Origin: Psammoneis japonica
Lineage: Eukaryota
DNA: 64,000 nucleotides
Direction: 5' to 3'
Assembly (NCBI GenBank): GCA_008632985.1
Contig: QPGO01000050.1
Coordinates: 248,001 to 312,000 of the forward strand
The translations under genes were made by a program, and so were the position numbers. Shown piece after piece: positions 26,135 to 37,616 of the stretch. Below the pieces are notes generated by a model. It was not told the origin of the DNA. It saw only the letters and a list, made by a program, of their open reading frames with translations, and searched no databases. Numbering within the stretch: the stretch's first letter is position 1; each line of letters opens with the position of its first letter.

Positions 26135-26772
26135 TAATAATCAAGTCTGGACTTGAGGGGAAGGGGGGAGTAGTAGTTTGCGCCATGGAGCGCTGTAGTA
26201 CAGTAGAAGGACGCTGCCGGAATAAAGCTGATTGGAACCGGCATGCACGCGTTACGATGCACGTTTAGTTGTAGAGGCAGGAAGTCTTGTGGGCTTCGCA
26301 ACTCTAATGTTTCATTTTATTCAATTTTCATCGTACCGTGCATAGTATGTAGGTATGCCATTGTGCTCAGCAGAAAGGATACATTTTGCCGATTGCGACA
26401 CAGTTTCAAGTTGTTCCCTTGTTGTTATCGCCTCGCAGTGCGGCATTGCATGGTTAGCTGTGAAAAAGGCAAGCTTTCTTTTATAGTACCGCACCTAGTA
26501 GACAAAGTGGTCTCGTATTTCCTTCAACTAGCAGTAGACCCTATGATGCGTAACAGCTTTGGCGTCTTGCGAAGGTAAACAACGTACAACGTGAGAACAA
26601 ACGCCTGTATTGCTAATAGAGAGAAAAGAGAATGATACACTGTGTGCATCGTGCATCATGAATTCTTTCTCGCTATCTCGCTCCGTCCGTCCGTCGTCGT
26701 CGATGCGTCCGGTCCGTCGCGTCCATTCTCTCTACATTCGTCTGCCAGGTGTACGTTTTCTGTGCATGCACC

Positions 26773-26817
<45 letters not shown>

Positions 26818-26818
26818 N
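26773..26818. other. Poly-C run plus N: probable scaffold gap at the gene-rich/repeat junction
   Basis: A long C homopolymer ends in n, and base composition changes abruptly right after it. Confidence 0.75.
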
Positions 26819-27829
26819 AACAAACAATGCAGTCGAACACCAAAAATCATTCAATTCATCCCAGTCTCTCAACACAAATGCAAACAAGCATGATTGGTTT
26901 GGTGTGGGCACCCTCTTTTTGATTGGCAGGGAGATCATGGGAAGAAAAAACCAACTGGGCCCTGCTGTGGTTGTTCCTGGGCAGAGAAAAGAGTTGCTTG
27001 CTCTCTCATGCCATTGCTTGTGCCACAAAAGTGCACTGCTAAAAAACAACAACAGTTGGTCAATTTCATGTCAGCAACACAAAAACAAAACAGTGTGGGT
27101 GGTTTGGTTGGGTGACATCCAATGGCTGATGACAGCAAAACTGGCCATCACAAGTTGAAAGTCTCCAGAGCATCGCAAGAATCTGTCAGACATGTGGGAT
27201 GTCAAGCACCTCCCTCACATGTGTGGTGCCCTGTGAGTGCAACCCAGTGGGTGACAGCATGTCAACACTGACTGCAAACTGTTTTTGTTTGTGCCACAAG
27301 GAGGGCTTGAGCAGAGGAGAAAAAGTGGTGCCAAGTTTTGGAGAAACACCAGACTGGGTTGGGGCGAACAGCCGCCACACCCACCACACCAAGCAGAGTG
27401 TAAAAACACAGAGCAGCAGAAAAGTGGTGTGTGTGTGACAGCCGTGATGGTGAAGCTGGCAGCTTGTGATTGGATCGTGTGCTTGAGACAACATGCAGCG
27501 CAAAATGATGGGCTGCTCTCCTGGAGCACATTGTGTGGTGTGTCTGTGTCGCTGTGGCAGTTGCACAAGAAAACAACAGCAGCTATCTGCACATTTGGTC
27601 TGGTGCATGATGAGATCCAATGTTGCCATTGTCAAGCCCCATGTTTGATTTTCAGATCATGGGAGAACAGCTGCAGCAGGGCGAGGTGTTGGAGAAAAAG
27701 AGCAGGGGAGGAATGTGTCATGCTGGCGGTGGTGGCTCAAGCAAAACAACAAGAGCACACCAAGTGCCAAAAACATCAAATCATGCAACAGGGGTTGAGC
27801 GGTGCACTTCTCCATCCAAGCACAACACA

Positions 27830-30790
27830 GAAAAACAAGCATCACTGGCTCAGTGGCAAAATCCAACGTTGCCATCTTTGGGCCTCGTGCTCGATTCACG
27901 GGTGATGGGGGTGACAATGTTGCATCAGATGGGCAGAGCCAGGTGTCTGTTCATTGTTTGGAGCTCTCTGCAGAGATCACATGATGCGCTCATGTTCGAT
28001 TCACAAAATGCTTTGTTTGGGTTGCTCAAGTCTCGCCTGCAATGCAACAACAAAACAAGCAGTGCCAATGATTCAGTGGTGAAATCCAATGTTGCCATTG
28101 TCGGGCCCCATGTTTGATTCATGGTTGGCGGGAATGACAATGTTGGATCAGACAGGCAGAGCCAGGTGTCTGTTCATCATTTGGAGCTCTCTGCAGAGAT
28201 GACATGATGCACTCGTGCTCAACTCACAAAAAAAATTGTTTGAGTTGCGCAAGTCTCATCAACTGCCCAACAACATGACAAGCAGCACCGATGGTTTGGT
28301 GGTGACATCCAACGTTGCCATTGTTGGGCCCCATGTTCAATTCACGGTTGGCGGGGGTGACAACATTGCATCAGATGGGCAGAGCCAGGCGTCTGTTCAT
28401 TGTTTGGAGCTCTCTGCAGAGATCACACGATGCACCCGTGTTCGACCCACAAAGTGCTTTGTTTGAATTGCTTGGGTCTCACCTTTGTCTCAACAACAAA
28501 ACAAACAGTGCCAATGGTTCAGTGGCAAAATCCAACATTGCCATCGTTGCCATCGTTGGGCCCCGTGTTCGATTCACGGTTGGCAGGACGGGCAATGTTG
28601 GGTCAGATGGGCTGTTCATCTGGAGCTCCCTGCAGAGATCACACGATGCACCCGTGTTCGATTCACAAAAAACAGCGTTCACATGATGCAACTCTTACGT
28701 TCATGTCAACACCGAAACAAACAGCACCAATGGCTCAGTGGTAAAATCCAACATTGCCATCGTTGGGCCCCGTGTTCGATTCGCGGTCAATGGGGTGGGG
28801 TGACAATGTTGGGTCACTTGATGCAGCAAACAAGTGACATGAGTCTCCTTGCTCATCTCATCAGCCTGTGTTCAATTCACACAGATGACAGTGTTTGGAT
28901 CATGGGCTGCTCACTCACACGCCAATCAAGTCATTGTTTCTTCAGCCCGGGTTCGACTCAAGTGACACGAGTCTCCTCATTCATCTCATCAGCCCACGTT
29001 CAATTCACATGGATGACACTGGGTCCGTGTTCGATTCTTCACAGCATGCAGAGATTGTGCAATGTGACACTCCTTCCGTTGTCAGCTGAAAAGCGAAACG
29101 CACCATTGGTTCAGTGGCAAAATCCAACGTTGCCATCGTTGGGCCCCGTGTTCGATTCACGGATGATGGGGTGGGGCGACAATGTTGGATCACTTGATGC
29201 AGCAAACAAGTGACACAAGTCTCCTCGCTCATCTCATCAGCCGCCCATGTTCAATTCACACAGATGACATTGTTTGGATCGTGGACTTCTCAGTGAATGC
29301 AGAAATTAAGTTGCACAACTTTCCACCCACGACGTGTTCCAGTCCCAGGTGACACACAAAACGACAATCGATTTTGAACACAAATTGTGCATCCATCAGT
29401 GTGCGAAGCATTTTCACACAAAACACTTGAGCGGATTGGCTTTCATGGGCATCTGGAGCACGAACAATTGTGAAGAATTGAACAGTTTTCTGTGGGGTGT
29501 GAAAGTCCTCATGGGACATGTGTCGTGAACTTCCTCAGCAGACTCAATGCTGATTGTGCATCACCAGTCTTTACACTGAGATTTCTTTGCAGGTGGAAAA
29601 CACACCAAGAAGCATCGCAGGAAGACACGCTTGGTTGACATCCAAATGGATGCGTTCCAGCCCTGGGTGGGAGCTCGCAGCACTGACGTGTGACAACAAC
29701 AATTTTTGTCATCCGTCGCATGTTTCGTGCGCAGATTTCTGCATGTGACATTTAAAAAAAATTGTCCAGACTCGCTGTTTTGCGAAGCCCCAGAAGTTTT
29801 ACATGACAAATTTGTAGAAACAACAATGTGCCAGCTGCGTTCTTCAATGTCGGAAGAATGCAACTGGCCAAGTAAAAAATGATGTGCTTCAATCATGTGC
29901 GAGTTTGTGCGTTCGCAAAATTGCCTCATTTTCTGTTGGTGATCATTGGCATTTTAATTGCCGTGTGATTTTGCTGCGGAGCTCGCACATGAAAGTCTGC
30001 GGGCCCAATGTCACACGGATTCCCACCTGTGTCTGGAACGCGCCAATGATTGCAATGATTTTGCCGAAAATCATCCCTTGTGTTGCAACTCATTTGGTGC
30101 AATGAAAAACATTGATGGCACAACAACAATGATTTTGCAACACTCGCACGAGTCTTGTCAGTGTTGCAAAACAATGGAACTTGAGTGAGCCCATGCTTTT
30201 GGTGGTGAAAAACCGTTCGCAAGTCAGAGACCGCACAAAAATCGCGCAAATGTCGTTTTTGTGCACGATTTGGGTCACGTGCAGCTGGAACACGTCCCAC
30301 ACTCAGCAAAAAAAGCAACAAGCACCACTGGTTTAGTGGTGAAATCCAACGTTGCCATCGTTGGGACATTTTTACGTACGTGTGCTTTGTGTAGATTGGG
30401 CACGCGCACCAAATTTTGAAAGCACGCCACGCACGCACTCCATTGTCACTGGGCCCGTGTTCGACTCACAGCTGACAGGGTTTAGATTGTGTTACATTCC
30501 TTCATCTAACAGCTGAAAAGCAACAAGCATCATTGGTTCAGTGGTAAAATCCAACGTTGCCATCGTTGGGCCCCGTGTTCGATTCACGGATGATGGGAAT
30601 GACAATGTTGGATCATGCATGTGCAGCCTCCAACGTTGCCATTGTCGCTGGGCCCGTGTTCGATTCACAGCTGGCAGAGGTTAAATTGCACAACTTTCTT
30701 TTACCAATCAGCACAAAAAGCAACAAGCATCATTGGTTTAGTGGTAAAATCCAACGTTGCCATCGTTGGGCCCCGTGTTCGATTCACGGA
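27830..30790. repeat. 223-bp tandem repeat array plus dispersed partial units
   Basis: Core gtgg(ta/ca/tg)aaatccaacgttgccatcgttgggccccgtgttcgattcac at 27853, 28076, 28299, 28522 (223-bp spacing), 28738, 29114, 30336, 30541 and 30741. Confidence 0.9.
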
Positions 30791-30809
30791 TGATGCATCC
30801 CAGGCTTAG

Positions 30810-33800
30810 GCGCCTGTGCTTTTTGTTTTTTTTGTTTGCGCGCATTCAATCGTACGTGCGTTGTGCGTACATCGAACGTTGGCGATGATGATGATTCAAA
30901 AAACCTCGAGCGAGCGAGCCAGCGCGATCCAAGAAACTTTTTCCTTCCTTGCTTTCCCTTGGTCAATTGGCCAACCTCGCTCAACGACATGTCAATACAC
31001 ATCAAACATACACCGGTTCGTACAAGTGCACAAAACACAACATGAACATCGACACGATTCTTTATTGCGTTCATTGCGTTCTTGCCTATCTCCTGCCCTG
31101 TTCTTCATTCTGAATTCGATGTATTTTGTAGAATCCTCATGATGCGACTTGCTTTACAAGTTACAAGTGTGATAAAAATGTCTCTATGCAGTATTGATTT
31201 GTTTCCTGATCGGTATTTAGCAGCGGATGTACCCGTATGTATCACAAATGAAACGCTCGAAAAATGGTAAGGCAACGATGTTATATATCTTGTTTGTCAT
31301 GGGCATCTTACACTATTTGCTTTGTTTGTATTTTGTATATATGTTATTGCTTGCATGTTCATATGCTTTGAGACGTGCTGCTTGCTTCGATTTACATTTC
31401 ATTGCTGCTCGAACCGTTTGTTCTTTGAATATGGTGAGTATGCAACACACAATGAATCACGAGGACAACAAATACATTTTGTGCACCTAACAAGTACTCT
31501 TTTTTCTCTTTTGCAGACAATCAATGATGATGGTCCAAGTCTATCCTCCAAGAACGCCGCTCTGATTGAAGCGTTGCGCGTGTTAAAGAATTTGACAATC
31601 TTTCCCATCTGTGCATTTGGATCTACAAAGAAAGGCCGCCGAACGACTCGTACCTTATCAATCTAGCGTTGTCGTCATAAGTCAATACTTTGTGGTGTCG
31701 AGGTGCCAGCGAGTTACAGGAACTTCAAAAGCACCCCAAGACGCACGTCCTCAAGACTCAAGACACACCTCTACATGCCCATGAAATTCAAGTTCTAGTG
31801 CAAAACAACAATGTACGGAGTAACATCATGTTGTGGATGTCGAGATGATGCCGACAAAAAACCGGTAGTACGAGGACAGACTGTCCGTGACTGAGCTGGC
31901 GGGATTGATGACTAGAAAAAGATCCACGAAATTGGCGCGCCGGAATTCTCTCGGTCATCAATCTCAAAATCGACGAAAAGAAGAGGAGTGTCTCATCGAG
32001 CGCTGCTTTGTTTTTTGACTGCTCTTTGTTAGGTAAGCATTTATCTCCATTCATATCAATGTCTTGTGTGGTTTATACTTTGAATATGATTTTCTCTTAT
32101 CGTGTGTGGTTTGTCGTCGCGCCGATCGTTTGAACACAAGAGTCGACTCCATCGGCACACGAGGTGCGTCGGACGTCAAGTGACTCGTCGCGACAGTATC
32201 ATACCAACAGCCTTATCCCAAGGTGAGTATTGAATCGATACAATGCTATTCTTCAATCTCCTCTTTATATAAAATGTATTGCTCATTGATTGTTTTGTTC
32301 CGTGTTGATTGTTGGTTCGATATCGTTCAGAGTTTCGGAAACGATCGTATTGCAATACAACACGCACGCTACACTCGGCTCGGCATTGGTGTCGGTATAC
32401 CAATCGCTATCATTCGACACGGTGAGAACTCAATCACATTATTATTCATACTGAATTCTTCTTTTGTTTTTGATTTACTTCTAACCATTCGTCGTTTGTT
32501 GTTGTGAATGCCGAATGATTCGCACGTGATTCTCACAGGAGCTAAATATATCGCATCACGATGCCTCCCAAGCAGCAAATACCCATGGCCAAAGGACAAA
32601 GGACACTTGGTGCCTTTTTTAGTCCCCGTGCCAAAGCCAACAGAACGACTACCACGACCGCCAAGACCCCAGCCAATGCGCAACCAAAACGAAAAGCGGC
32701 AGAAACGCCTGCAGGCAGGAAGGCCAAGGCACCCAAAATTACTGAATTGTCCACTGCGCCAATCAGTAGTTTCTTTCAGTCTCCACCACCTGCTCGTACC
32801 GGTACTCTCAAGACGCCTTCTACTATTGTTGCCGACTGTCGTCCTGCTAGCGACGAATCCTCAACCAAGAATGCCGATACTACCGGTACCAAGTCCAACA
32901 ACGATGCTGATTCATCTACCAGCCCATCTGACTCCATTATTGCTACAAATGGACTGTCATTGGAAACAACTTTGAAAGAAGCAACCGCGAATAGTAGCAA
33001 TGCCAACAGTTGTGAGGACGACGAATCGTATATTCCAGAAGAGCTTGACCCGCCGCAACAAAAGGAGGATGATGCTGAAGACGACGATCGTGTTGATCTG
33101 ACTCAAAGTGCCAAGGACCATTATCGTAAATATTTCATCATGCCCATCACTGGCGAAGAAAATGCACGCCGTATTGCTTTGCCATACCAACGAGAGGCGG
33201 TAAAGATCTTGATTCGTGAGAATGCTTTTATGGACGTAAAGGGCGACTTAGCTGGAATTCTGGTCAAGAAGCCACTTGCTGGAACTTGCATTGTTTATGC
33301 TGAAGTCAATGAATCGCCTTGTGTTGTGTTTCGAGAACCCGGCAACGGCATGGAGGTGGAGGTGCGCAAAGTGGGAATGACGAGTAACGGCAAGCGTCGA
33401 GAAGCCGACCGACTCCGCCAAGGGAAGATCAGCAGTACGGACCAGTTATCAAGCTTGTAGACATTGCTAACCTCCCCCCTCATGTTGAGAAAGAGATACT
33501 GAAAGCTGCTGTAATGCCTTGCTTGAAGGACCTGTCGACGGATCCAAGCTTGCACCCATTCCAACGGCATTTTTTCTCGGGGATTCTCGAACGCGGCGCG
33601 GATGTTTTGGGCTTCCTGGGACAGTTCATGTACCAAACTATCGAGTCGGGATTGCAAGACTATTATGGCGTTGGGGGTCCTTGCGAGTATCTAATGTTTT
33701 CTCCTGCCATTGTTGATCGGTATTTTGCTGAAGCCGAGATGCATGCGAGAGAGATTTTGGACGACATGGATTGCATTGTCAAGGCCATGGCACATGCTGG

Positions 33801-35300
33801 CTCGGCTCCCAGAATTCATGGAATGGGCTCATGGAACACTGGTAGCCAAGCCAAATTCTCGAGCAAGATGGTCACTCTCCAAAGCATTGTTGGTCAAGAG
33901 AACAGCTTGTCGGACACCTTACCTGAACCAGTCTACCCGAACGCCAAGGGTGCTGATCAGGTATTTTCTCAAGACTACAAAGAAAGAGAAAAGGCAGAAG
34001 GGCGTGCATTTTTGGTAAAGTTTTTGACTGAGTGGTTGAGAGAGCAGGAGACGCCCGGTGTGGTTGTTCTGGACACAAACAAAGTGCTGTATCAAAACCT
34101 GGATGGACTCTTGGACATGCTATCAGCTCAACGCTTTGTGACGATTCGAAGTGTGCTTGACGGCGAGGCAACGGTTAAGCTATACAAGGATGCACCGCAT
34201 GGGGTTCTGGTCAACAAACCGTTGTGCTACGCCAGTGACAGCCGCCAAACTACCCCGCTGGAGTACAAGGCACGCCGCGCATTGACAGCTGCCATTCTCA
34301 CCAACGTTTGCCGTGGCCTCAAGGGACAGGCTTTCCTCTCTGTCAAGGACCGTTTCGAAAATCCAATTTATGCTGCCATTGCATTCCAGATTGGCACCAT
34401 TGGCTGTCATCAGAACCTTCGCCTTTGCAGCGCCTTTTTCCGTGACTTTGAAACGCCCGAAGACCAGTTTCCCTTGAAAGACAATGGACTCGGCAAGTGC
34501 ATTCCTGGTGGACCGTTGGTGCTGAGGAACCGGAAGAAGACTCATCCAAATCGCCAAGAAGAAATTGCCAACGCAGTCCGCAGAGTGGACGCAGACTTTA
34601 TCACCAATGCACGGTCCATCATTTGCCAAGCTAAGAGTGGGGAAGAACGACAGCTTTGTGAGAGCTTGTATGAACTCTGCAAGCAGGGAAATGGCGCAGA
34701 TCCAGATTCAAAGAGCAAGAAGTTTCTTATGTACATTCCCGATGAAATCGTACCCGGTTCGGAGTTCTTGCGCACGATGAAGGACCACTGGGAACAAGTC
34801 AGAGAAAACACGGGGAATCCAAATGCAAGGGGTTGTACAAAGGTAGAGCTCCACTACAAAGCCAGCCAGTTGGCAGAAATCATTGAAGATTGCAAGCCGA
34901 GAGAGGGGAAGCGAGGAATTCCGTTTTGGGTGAAGGAGACCATGAACTCTGTCGAACCTCCGACACCCTCCAAATCCAACTGCCCATTCCACAACTTTGG
35001 GGCTGACTCGGTAAAGTGTGAAGGCCACGTGCACAGCTCGTTTCGGGGTCCGACCAAGGAACTGCTTGTGTGCAAGGATGGTCATCAATGCAAAGTCAAA
35101 CGCATCATGACGAGGAGCAACAAGTCGATCGGAGTGAAAGCTGCCATGCCAGGAAAGGAGCCACACTTGCTTGTTGAGCTGGTGGTTGATTGAACCTTGT
35201 GAATGCAAACAAGGTGCTGCAGCACAGTGGGGTGTTGCAGACTCTGCTGTAGAGAAGCAGTCTAGCCACTGGACCGTGCTCGGAGTGGGACTAGACAGCA
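30810..35300 (+). mobile_element. Unclassified ~4.4-kb repeat family, copy A (largely unmutated)
   Basis: Collinear homology with 42697-46872 + 53700-54030 and 58340-62740. Shared marker gagcgagc..gatccaagaaactttttccttccttgctttcccttggtcaa. Ends are approximate. Confidence 0.75.
32561..35193 (+). CDS. Repeat-encoded hypothetical protein (~880 aa once a 1-bp deletion at ~33446 is repaired) with an N-terminal PIP box
   Basis: ORFs 32561-33460 and 33514-35193. Paralog C reads through the junction (DQFVKLVDIANLP). QRTLGAFF at residues 13-20. Confidence 0.7.
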
Positions 35301-35324
35301 CTCTAGAGTGGACACATGTCTTTT

Positions 35325-35630
35325 TGTTTGTCATGGGCATCTTACACTGTTTGCTTTGTTTGCATTTTGCACACATGTTGTCACTTGCATCTTGCATGTT
35401 GACATGCTTTGAGACGTGCTGCTTGCTTCAATTTACATTTCATTGCTGGTCGAACCGTTTGTTCTTTGAGTGTGGTGAGCATGCAACACACAATGAATCA
35501 CGAGGACGACAAACACATTTTGTGCACCTGACAAGTGCTCTTTTTTCTCTTTTGCAGACAATCAATGATGATGGTCCAAGTCCATCCTCCAAGAACGCCG
35601 CTCTGATTGAAGCGTTGCGCGTGTTAAAGA
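35325..35630 (+). repeat. TpA-mutated partial duplicate of 31291-31589
   Basis: Near-identical to 31291-31589, differing mostly at TpA sites. Confidence 0.9.
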
Positions 35631-36530
35631 TTTTTTTGTTTTGGGCGGTTGTGCTTTATTGAGTTTTTTGTGCTCATCGTACGCACGTGGTGTGTGCGCT
35701 GGCGATGCAAGATTCTGCTCTCACCACAAAAGACATTCTGCTCTCACCACAACGTAGAAACGTGCCGAGCTCCATCGTAGAAAAAATGCACTCTTTGCCG
35801 AAACGGAATCTCGATCGACCTCTTCGACGCAGCCGACGCAAAAAACACTCTTGAGGTCTCTTGTCGACCATGTGCTTCTTGGAGTTTGTGAAGTGGAGTT
35901 GCTTTTTTTCACGTGGATTGCAGCCCGGAGTGGGCGCAAGGCGGAGCATTTGTTGATGCCGGTGGCAGTGTGGAGTGCAGCCCGGAGTGGGCGAAAGGCG
36001 GAGTTCTTGTTGATGCAGACATCTGTGTGTTCCACTTGCTGTGTCGTTTTCATCACACTTCTGTCGCAGCTGTTGCAGCAACCATGTCATTTGATTTTTC
36101 CCTTGTTGGAAATGATGGTTGGTGCAATGCCGCACTTCGCGATCACGATGATGTCAACGGGAGAAGCAACGAGGCTCACAACGTCAACGAAACAGCTGTC
36201 AACCTTGCCGCATCAAGCTCCTCAGAAAGTGGCGGCAACGATGGAGAGCATGCAAATGATGCCGTCGCCTCGGCAGTTGTGGGTCAACTCAAGGACTCTC
36301 GTGATTGTGCACCCAACTCTGGCGTGACTGTCGACCTTGCCGCGTCAAGCTCCTCAGAAAGTGATGGTGACGATGGACGGCACATGAACAACAGCGTTGA
36401 CTTGGCATTTGTGGGTCAACCAAAGGACCCCAGTGATCATGCGCCCGACTCTGGCGTGGCATCCAAAGCAGGCAAGGACAGTGTTGTTGTCTGAGGCTTC
36501 AGCAAGACACCTGTTGCTCACAATTGTTCC

Positions 36531-37361
36531 TTGTTTGTCTTGTTTCATTGTGTTGCAGCAGCTGCTGTTTCACTGCCGGCACCCCAAGATGCCCCTTCTG
36601 ATGGCCATGACCACACCAGAGATTGGTCCCCGTTGTGGTCTGCTCCGTCGCCCGACTTGGCAACGCAGCATTCGAAAAAGCCTTCTGATGCCAAAAAACA
36701 AATCATCGAATTGTGGAACGCCCCGGATGGATTCAAGTTCCTTGTCAACTCGAAGGCAGTCATAAAACGCTGGGACTGTGCAGACCATGGATGCCCGGTG
36801 CAGGTAAAGACCAAGCGCTCCGGCTCAAAACTTGTCAAAGAGCAACGAGGACCACACAACCACCCCCCACCCAGAGGGTTGTCTGCGAGCGCGAGGAACA
36901 CGCGTGCCCCAGCACACAAATGGGCGGTCAATGCGGAGCTCTCGGACTGCCTTTTGCGGCATGTGAACAATGTGGAACGAAAGATTCTCGACAAGTGTGA
37001 GGTGGAAGATCCGGTGGCACTGGATCAAAAGTTGCGTCCAGTGAAAGCATTGCGCACCACTGCCCCTCATGTCAGGAATGCAAGTGCATGCTCAAACACC
37101 ATTTGCCACCTTCTCCCAACAGAGTCTGGTGGTTGTTGCCTTCCTTCTTGCGTCAGGCCAATTGTCAAATGTCCAGGTGTCACGATCCATTCTCCAAAGA
37201 AGTTTGCCGTGGTGAAGGAGAGTGCCAATGTGACAGCAGCAGCATTGCGCCACTGCCGTGCGGCGCGGGATGCTGCAACACCAAAGGTGTCAGCAAATGG
37301 ACTGCCCAGCTCTTGGTGGAGTGCAAGCGTCAGAAAGACAAAGATGTTTGTGAATCTCTGA
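36531..37361 (+). pseudogene. MULE internal ORF with WRKY/FLYWCH-like Zn finger, TpA-mutated
   Basis: KRWDCADHGC...GPHNHPPP (W-x-C-x4-C...H-x-H). Confidence 0.55.
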
Positions 37362-37616
37362 TTTTCGGACTGCAGTGTTCTCTGTTGTGGCAGCAAGAAG
37401 TGACGTGATGCAATTGTTGATCACACGCCGCACAACAACCCGTGCATCTTCTGTCATCCGCTGGTGGCTCGCACAATTTCGAAACGTGTTTGACAAGATC
37501 CGTTGCGGGGGACTGCGACATGCGTGACCACGCTGTCGATTTCGATCCGTGCGCCAGATGACCAACTGTGCATGCTCACCAAGATCTGTTGATCACAATT
37601 CGCGCTGCAGACAAAG

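Noticed and set aside
26773..26818. Poly-C/G tract as a G-quadruplex or boundary element
   Set aside because: It abuts an N, like the run at 16529-16546, and is most likely a sequencing or scaffolding artefact. The true adjacency of the two domains is uncertain.
27830..30790. CRISPR-like array
   Set aside because: Whole 223-bp units are homologous with no unique spacers, there are no cas genes, and the context is eukaryotic.
30810..34900. Classical RIP (CA/TG->TA) acting on copy A
   Set aside because: Copy A has long ORFs without excess stops. B and C resolve the same sites differently (TG versus CA), and the piggyBac TSD and conserved Tyr motifs show TA is ancestral.
34975..35100. C-terminal Zn finger (CPFH..CEGH..CKDGH) in the repeat-encoded protein
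   Set aside because: Some of these Cys/His residues differ between copies (KCEG versus KHEG) and trace to mutated Tyr codons.
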